Assembly: GCA_963796105.1 (NCBI GenBank)
Contig: CAWCKJ010000004.1
Coordinates: 448,001 to 512,000 of the forward strand
Source of the DNA: a candidate division FCPU426 bacterium
GTDB lineage: Bacteria > Oederibacteriota > Muellerivitia > Muellerivitales > Muellerivitaceae
Direction of reading: 5' to 3'
DNA: 64,000 bases
The position numbers and the translations under genes are program-made. The notes below the pieces were generated by a model. The model had not been told where the DNA came from, did not search any database, and saw only the letters and a list, made by a program, of their open reading frames with translations. This document shows, piece after piece, positions 59,100 to 64,000 of this stretch (position 1 is its first letter; the number at the start of each line of letters is the position of its first letter).

Positions 59100-59271
59100 T
59101 TCACGACACGTAAAGAAATTTTTTTACCGCGGAAAACGGCCGACGTGCTCCGCACGTGCCGATAACGGCTTATAGCTTAAGGCTTTCTCAAACTTATCGG
59201 CGTCCATCGGATTTGATCGGCGGTTCCATGTCTTTTTACTTTTACTTGTTGTAAAGGGTACTTACTTAAAT
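59100..59271 (+). repeat. Repeat D, copy 2
   Basis: Highly similar to 53470-53641. Confidence 0.9.
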
Positions 59272-59302
59272 CTAATCCTTCCTATTAGAGAGGGGTCCAA
59301 CA

Positions 59303-61153
59303 ATGAACGTTCTTCCGCTTATTTTGACCGCCTTGCTGGTGATGGTGGTCGCCTACCGTTACTACAGCGCCTTCCTGGCGGCGAAAGTCGTGGCTCTCGA
59401 CGATTCCCGCGTGACCCCGGCGCACGCCTTGAACGACGGATACAACTACAAACCCATCCCCAAGTCAGTCCTTTTCGGCCAGCACTTCGCCAACATCGCA
59501 GGCTCGGGCCCCCTCATCGGCCCGGTTTTGGCCGCCCAGTTCGGTTTCGCCCCCGGCCTTCTCTGGCTATTGATCGGCGTCTGCCTGGCTGGCGCGGTGC
59601 ATGACTTCATGATTCTTTCCGCTTCCATCCGGAGAAAGGGCAAGTCCCTGGCTGAGATCGCCCGCCATGAGATCAGCCCCCTATCCGGTGCGGTGGCCTC
59701 GGTGGCCATTCTCATCATCGTCATTGTGGCCCTGGCGGGCCTGGGCATGGCGGTGGTGAACGCCCTCAAGGGAAGCCCCTGGGGGGTCTTTTCCATCGGC
59801 GCGACCATCGCCACCGCCATGGTGGTAGGTTTCTATATGTTCCGCTTGCACGTGGGAAAAATCGCCGGAATCAGCATCTTCGGCGTCTTGGTAGTGGCCT
59901 CAGCCGTCGTTTTCGGCAACACCGTCGCCCATTCGGCTTTAGCCCCCTTCTTTACCCTGACTCCCAACGGCGTCGTCTTGGCCCTGGCCCTTTACGGATT
60001 CCTGGCCTCAGTCTTGCCGGTCTGGATGCTTATGACTCCTATGGGATACCTTAGCTCTTATATGAAGGTGGGCACCATCGCGGCCCTGGTGGTGGGCATC
60101 ATTCTGGTGCATCCGGATTTGAAAATGCCGGCCTTCACCCAGTATGTGGGAGGAGGAGGCCCCATTATCCCCGGCAAGCTTTTCCCCTTCGTCTTCATCA
60201 CCATCGCCTGCGGGGCCATCTCGGGCTTCCACGCACTGGTATCTTCGGGCACGACCCCCAAGATGCTGGATAAGGAATCGGACGCCCGCATGATCGGCTA
60301 TGGGGCCATGCTGGTAGAGGGCCTAGTGGGGGTGGTGGCGCTTTTGGCCACCTGTTCCCTCTTCCCCGCCGATTATTTCGCTATCAACCTTCCTCCCGAG
60401 AAATTCGCGGCCTTGGGTCTGACCCCCGTGAGACTTCAGGAACTCTGCCAGGCTGTGGGCGAGAACGTGACAGGCCGTCCCGGCGGGGCTGTTTCCCTGG
60501 CAGTGGGTTTCGCCCAGGTCTTCTCCGGCCTGCCGGGTTTGGAAAGCCTCATGAACTACTTCTACCACTTCATGATCATGTTCGAGGCCCTGTTCATCCT
60601 GACTACCATCGATGCCGGAACCCGCATCGGCCGCTTCCTATTGCAGGAATTCGGAGGGCGCATCTATAAACCCCTGGAGAACCCCCAATGGATTCCGGGG
60701 ACCATTCTTTGCACCGGCCTGGTGGTTGGGTTCTGGGCTTATTTGATCCTAGCTGGAAGCGTCTCCACCATCTGGCCCATGTTCGGAACCGCCAACCAGC
60801 TTTTAGCCAGCGTGGCCCTGGCGGTTGCCACCAGCGCCATCATCAATTCCGGCAGGGCCAGGTACGCCTGGACCACTTTCATCCCCATGCTCTTCGTGGC
60901 CACAACCACCCTTACGGCGGCTTGGCAGAACATCTTCAACAATTTCCTACCCCTGGCTGAAGCCCATCCCGAAAAAGCCTTTTCCGCCTACCTGAACGTG
61001 ACCTTGACCGCCGTCATGATGGTCTGTGCGGTCGTAGTGTTGTGGGAATCCTTCCGCCGGTGGTATCTCATCCTGGTCAAAAAGAAGCATCCCCAGGAAA
61101 TCCTGGATTCCACCCACCAGGGCCATGACCTGCCGGACTATGGGTGTTGTTAA
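59303..61153 (+). CDS. cstA: Carbon starvation protein A family transporter
   Basis: [43 protein letters not shown]. Confidence 0.93.
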   Translation: MNVLPLILTALLVMVVAYRYYSAFLAAKVVALDDSRVTPAHALNDGYNYKPIPKSVLFGQHFANIAGSGPLIGPVLAAQFGFAPGLLWLLIGVCLAGAVHDFMILSASIRRKGKSLAEIARHEISPLSGAVASVAILIIVIVALAGLGMAVVNALKGSPWGVFSIGATIATAMVVGFYMFRLHVGKIAGISIFGVLVVASAVVFGNTVAHSALAPFFTLTPNGVVLALALYGFLASVLPVWMLMTPMGYLSSYMKVGTIAALVVGIILVHPDLKMPAFTQYVGGGGPIIPGKLFPFVFITIACGAISGFHALVSSGTTPKMLDKESDARMIGYGAMLVEGLVGVVALLATCSLFPADYFAINLPPEKFAALGLTPVRLQELCQAVGENVTGRPGGAVSLAVGFAQVFSGLPGLESLMNYFYHFMIMFEALFILTTIDAGTRIGRFLLQEFGGRIYKPLENPQWIPGTILCTGLVVGFWAYLILAGSVSTIWPMFGTANQLLASVALAVATSAIINSGRARYAWTTFIPMLFVATTTLTAAWQNIFNNFLPLAEAHPEKAFSAYLNVTLTAVMMVCAVVVLWESFRRWYLILVKKKHPQEILDSTHQGHDLPDYGCC

Positions 61154-61259
61154 GGTTTGATGTTTAAAATATTCAGAAAACTAGAAAGGGCCATTTTCTG
61201 GGAAAGCTGAAAAAGTAATAAAATTTAAAAGCTTCTAAACAATAATTTATCCAAATTAC

Positions 61260-61637
61260 TTAAAACCCAAATTTTTCTTTCGCTAATACCAAAAACTCTT
61301 TCGCCCGATTAATTTGAAGTTCAACATCTTCCTTAGACAACCCGTTCCCCGAATCATAATCGCCAACATTGCGGCTATCAGCCGCCTCGATCAAATAGCG
61401 GTGGAATTGCATTGGAACCCGGCCTGGTTTGGCGAACAATTGGCCGAAAGCCGCGATGACGGAGGAATGCTTGGAAAAGGCGGAACCTTCCCCCAAGAGG
61501 AAGGCTTCAGCAACGTAAAACATGCTGTAATAGGCTCTTGATACGGCGAAATCGAAATAATCGTTTTTCGCCAATAGTTCCGCCGCTCCTAAACTTTCTT
61601 GGGCCTTTTCAAGCAAAGCCTTTTGTTCCGGGATCAA
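61260..61637 (-). CDS. HEPN-domain toxin (UPF0332-like)
   Basis: SRAYYSMF, SKH, R...DY; coupled to the upstream MNT. Confidence 0.85.
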   Translation of the reverse strand: MIPEQKALLEKAQESLGAAELLAKNDYFDFAVSRAYYSMFYVAEAFLLGEGSAFSKHSSVIAAFGQLFAKPGRVPMQFHRYLIEAADSRNVGDYDSGNGLSKEDVELQINRAKEFLVLAKEKFGF

Positions 61638-61954
61638 ACCGCCACACCTTCCCGCCGGATGTTTAAAAGCAATGGACTTTGTTCCTTCAGGTAGCGTTCG
61701 GCGGAAATGAAAACGCAGGAAATAGCCACATTATGCTTGAGGGAAAGATTAGAGGTTATTTCTCCCGCCCTTGAGATTTCCTTTCCCGCGTTAACCGGAC
61801 CTTCCAAGACAATCATCAAGTCAATATCCGAAGTTGGGCTTGCGTCCCCCCGTGCCTGTGAACCGTATAGGACTATTTTGGATAACCGTTCCCCATAAAC
61901 AGCCCCTAGTAACTTATGGGCTTCTTGGAGTAGGTCATTTATCTTGTCAGTCAT
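61634..61954 (-). CDS. Minimal nucleotidyltransferase (MNT) antitoxin
   Basis: LYGSQARGD...SDID. Confidence 0.9.
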   Translation of the reverse strand: MTDKINDLLQEAHKLLGAVYGERLSKIVLYGSQARGDASPTSDIDLMIVLEGPVNAGKEISRAGEITSNLSLKHNVAISCVFISAERYLKEQSPLLLNIRREGVAV

Positions 61955-62029
61955 GGTTTCCTCTTATGAAAAACATTATAACAAAAGGGTTTTTTAAATA
62001 TGGCCCTTACTTATCCTTAAAAATCAGCC

Positions 62030-62104
62030 ATGTTCATTGGCGCCTGACACAATGACCATAGGGGACCCGAAAATGTTCATAGGCGCACCCCTCATGACCA
62101 TAGG
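62030..62104. repeat. Four phased ATG-NN-CAT-WGG repeats
   Basis: Cores at 62030, 62052, 62073, 62094 (22/21/21 bp spacing). Confidence 0.7.
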
Positions 62105-62243
62105 AGCATAACTTTTGCGGGCAGGACCCCACCTTTCTTGCCAATTAGATTTCAATTCTGCCCCGAGTCGAGGCAATGAAAATAAAGTCTTTGGCAATTT
62201 TGCCCAGCGGCTGGGCAGGTAACACCCATGAGGATTGAATCGC

Positions 62244-62415
62244 GCCGACGAAAATACCGGTAACTGTCACCAGGTTATCCTAGGTTGCCGACGGAAATAC
62301 CGGTAGCTGACACCAGGTTATCCTAGGTTCCCGCCCGAAATACTGGTAGCTGTCACCAGGTTATCCTAGGTTATCGCCGAAAATGCCGGTAGGTGTCACC
62401 AGGTTATCCTGGGTT
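62244..62415. repeat. 4 x 43-bp tandem repeat
   Basis: Units start at 62244, 62287, 62330, 62373; conserved CACCAGGTTATCCT(A/G)GGTT. Confidence 0.92.
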
Positions 62416-62429
62416 ACCGGCGGGAATAT

Positions 62430-62570
62430 GGTTGGCACAATTGGCACAATCGGTTGGCACAATCAAAAACGGTTATTAAAAACACCAATAAAACCACAGT
62501 TTTCTTGACACCGGCTTATCTTGGCCGATTGTGGCATTTTTGGGGATTGTGCCACTTCGAAGCGATTGTG
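62430..62570. repeat. Inverted iteron-like arrays flanking an AT-rich core
   Basis: TTGGCACAAT x3 (62432-62463), A-rich spacer, then GATTGTGGCA, GATTGTGCCA and GATTGTG| cut by the IS21 end. Confidence 0.8.
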
Positions 62571-62704
62571 TGTCACTGGCCAGTCACTTTGACCCCCCTG
62601 GCCGCCTACTTTGCCCCCCCTCTTTTGGGCACTTCGAGGGGTGCCTGTTTCGGGGACTTCGACCCCTGCCTTGCGGGGCCTTTTTTTTAGATTAATATAG
62701 ATAC

Positions 62705-62797
62705 CCACGGGCAAGCCCGTGGTACTAAAATCAAAATTCAAGCTTCGCTTGCCGTGCTTTCAGCACGGTGGCCTTTCACCCACGGGCAAGCCCGTGG
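62705..62797. repeat. Pair of identical CCACGGGC-AA-GCCCGTGG hairpins (REP/IS200-end-like) inside the IS21 end
   Basis: 62705-62722 and 62780-62797, with CCGTGCT-TTC-AGCACGG between them. Confidence 0.75.
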
Positions 62798-62946
62798 AAC
62801 TCAAAGCGGCCGGATTAGACCCATCAAACTCCTTTCACAAGATGCGTTTTGCTTCCCCAACATTGGATGATACGAAGTCCCGCGCAAATCCCGTAACCAA
62901 TAGGCGCAAGATTGCACGAATAAGACAGCATCGAACGATGGGTTTC

Positions 62947-63726
62947 TCATAGTTTTGCCTCTTTTTCCCTGCTGTGTTCTTTTTTCATTTCTTCGCGCAT
63001 GGAACGGGTCCGAAAGGAAGGGCCCTGAATGACGACGGCAGTGGCATGGTGGACCAGGCGGTCCATGGCAGCCGAGGCTAGGAGGGCGTCGCCGAAAAGC
63101 TCCGGCCACTCCCGCAGACTGCGGTTGGTGGTAAAAATCAAGGAGCCCTTTTCATAACGCTCACAGATGATGTCGTAAAAATCCTCGGCGACCTTGGTGT
63201 CGAAGGGCTTGAGACCCCAGTCGTCCAGGATCAAGAGGTCGGGTTTCAGGAAGGATGCGAATCGGTTTTCCCGGGTACCGTCCCCGCGCGAGGCCGCTAA
63301 TCGTTGGGCCGCATGCGAGGTCTTGATAAAGAGTACCTCATAACCCTTGCGGCAGACTTCATGGGCCAAAGCGCAGGCCAAATGGGTTTTGCCCACACCT
63401 GAGGGACCGATGAAAAATAGGTTCTCTTTTCGCTCCACGAAAGAACAAGTACCCAAATCCAGGATTTGTTGCCGGTTGATGGCCGGGTTGAAGGCGAAAT
63501 CGAACCCCGTTAGAGTCATATGGGTTGAGAAGCCCGCCTTTTTCAGCCTTCTTTGGAGTTGGCCCACTTGGCGGCGCTCCAGCTCATCCAACAGCAACTG
63601 GCCCAGGAAATCCATATAACCGATCTGGGATTCAATGGCCTGCTGGTTTCGGATTTCCAGCGTCTCCAACATTCCTGCGAGTTTTAACCTTCTCAGGTGC
63701 GGCTCCAACTGATGTTTATTTTCCAT
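62947..63726 (-). CDS. istB: IS21 helper ATPase IstB
   Basis: FDFAFNP, GPSGVGKTHLA, LLILDDWG, TTN....W, A.MDRLVH, GPSFR; GAGGAGG RBS. Confidence 0.95.
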   Translation of the reverse strand: MENKHQLEPHLRRLKLAGMLETLEIRNQQAIESQIGYMDFLGQLLLDELERRQVGQLQRRLKKAGFSTHMTLTGFDFAFNPAINRQQILDLGTCSFVERKENLFFIGPSGVGKTHLACALAHEVCRKGYEVLFIKTSHAAQRLAASRGDGTRENRFASFLKPDLLILDDWGLKPFDTKVAEDFYDIICERYEKGSLIFTTNRSLREWPELFGDALLASAAMDRLVHHATAVVIQGPSFRTRSMREEMKKEHSREKEAKL

Positions 63727-63739
63727 ATATGCTTCCTCC

Positions 63740-64000
63740 TCAATTTTTATCCAGAGCCAAGGCACGGAGGAAATCCTCCGCGGGCCGGGCGAAATCGAAA
63801 GACGACTGGGGTTTGAGTGAAGGATCCGACGGCGGGTCCAACGGGTTTTGATCGAGGTTCTTTTGAAGGATGTTTTTGATGGATTGGTACGTGTAGTTTC
63901 CGAAATGGAGGGCCCTTAGACAGGCTGCCTCCAGACGGGAAGGCAGGTACTTTTCCCTCAAGCGCAGAATGCCCTGGGCTTTGCGCAGGTGGTCCAGGGG
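63740..64000 (-). CDS. istA: IS21 transposase IstA, C-terminal part (5' end outside window)
   Basis: RLEAAC.RAL....Y.Y.SIK.IL...LD C-terminal IstA pattern, directly upstream of istB. Confidence 0.8.
   Translation of the reverse strand, partial: PLDHLRKAQGILRLREKYLPSRLEAACLRALHFGNYTYQSIKNILQKNLDQNPLDPPSDPSLKPQSSFDFARPAEDFLRALALDKN

Larger units (their letters stand above)
62571..64000 (-). mobile_element. IS21-family element (right end; continues beyond the window)
   Basis: TGTCA terminus followed by two 22-bp transposase-binding repeats TGGCC....ACTTTG.CCCCCC; istA-istB. Confidence 0.85.

Noticed and set aside
62244..62415. CRISPR array interpretation of the 43-bp repeats
   Set aside because: No unique spacers (units are homologous along their whole length) and no cas genes in the window.

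Overview
Bacterial chromosomal window with GC-rich genes and AT-rich intergenic spacers. Most of it is housekeeping or envelope genes: tandem pdxH, mprF, trmL, a MarR-TolC-EmrAB efflux operon, tkt, rho, zwf-opcA-pgl, an AttEFGH-like ABC/hydrolase operon, mtnB-mtnD, queG, mqnD, a two-domain ThyX, an AAA-VWA pair and cstA. It also has four toxin-antitoxin loci (hicBA-like, higBA, a parDE remnant, MNT-HEPN), a complete IS4-family element with a 9-bp target duplication, and one end of an IS21 element. The most unusual signals are non-coding. (1) A hierarchy of nested, hairpin-rich interspersed repeats. It includes a 74-77 bp double-hairpin element found 6 times, always inside another repeat, flanked by a duplicated CA dinucleotide (one copy CA/CG), with empty-site alleles in the window and compensatory base changes. 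(2) A promoter- and terminator-flanked 5' half of tRNA-Ser(CGA) beside att/ori-like repeats, a reversed-order hicB-hicA-like pair and a candidate ~58-nt sRNA. (3) A cluster of 21-bp phased repeats, 4x43-bp tandem repeats and inverted iteron-like repeats that is cut by the IS21. All product calls come from motif recognition by eye; no database searches were run.
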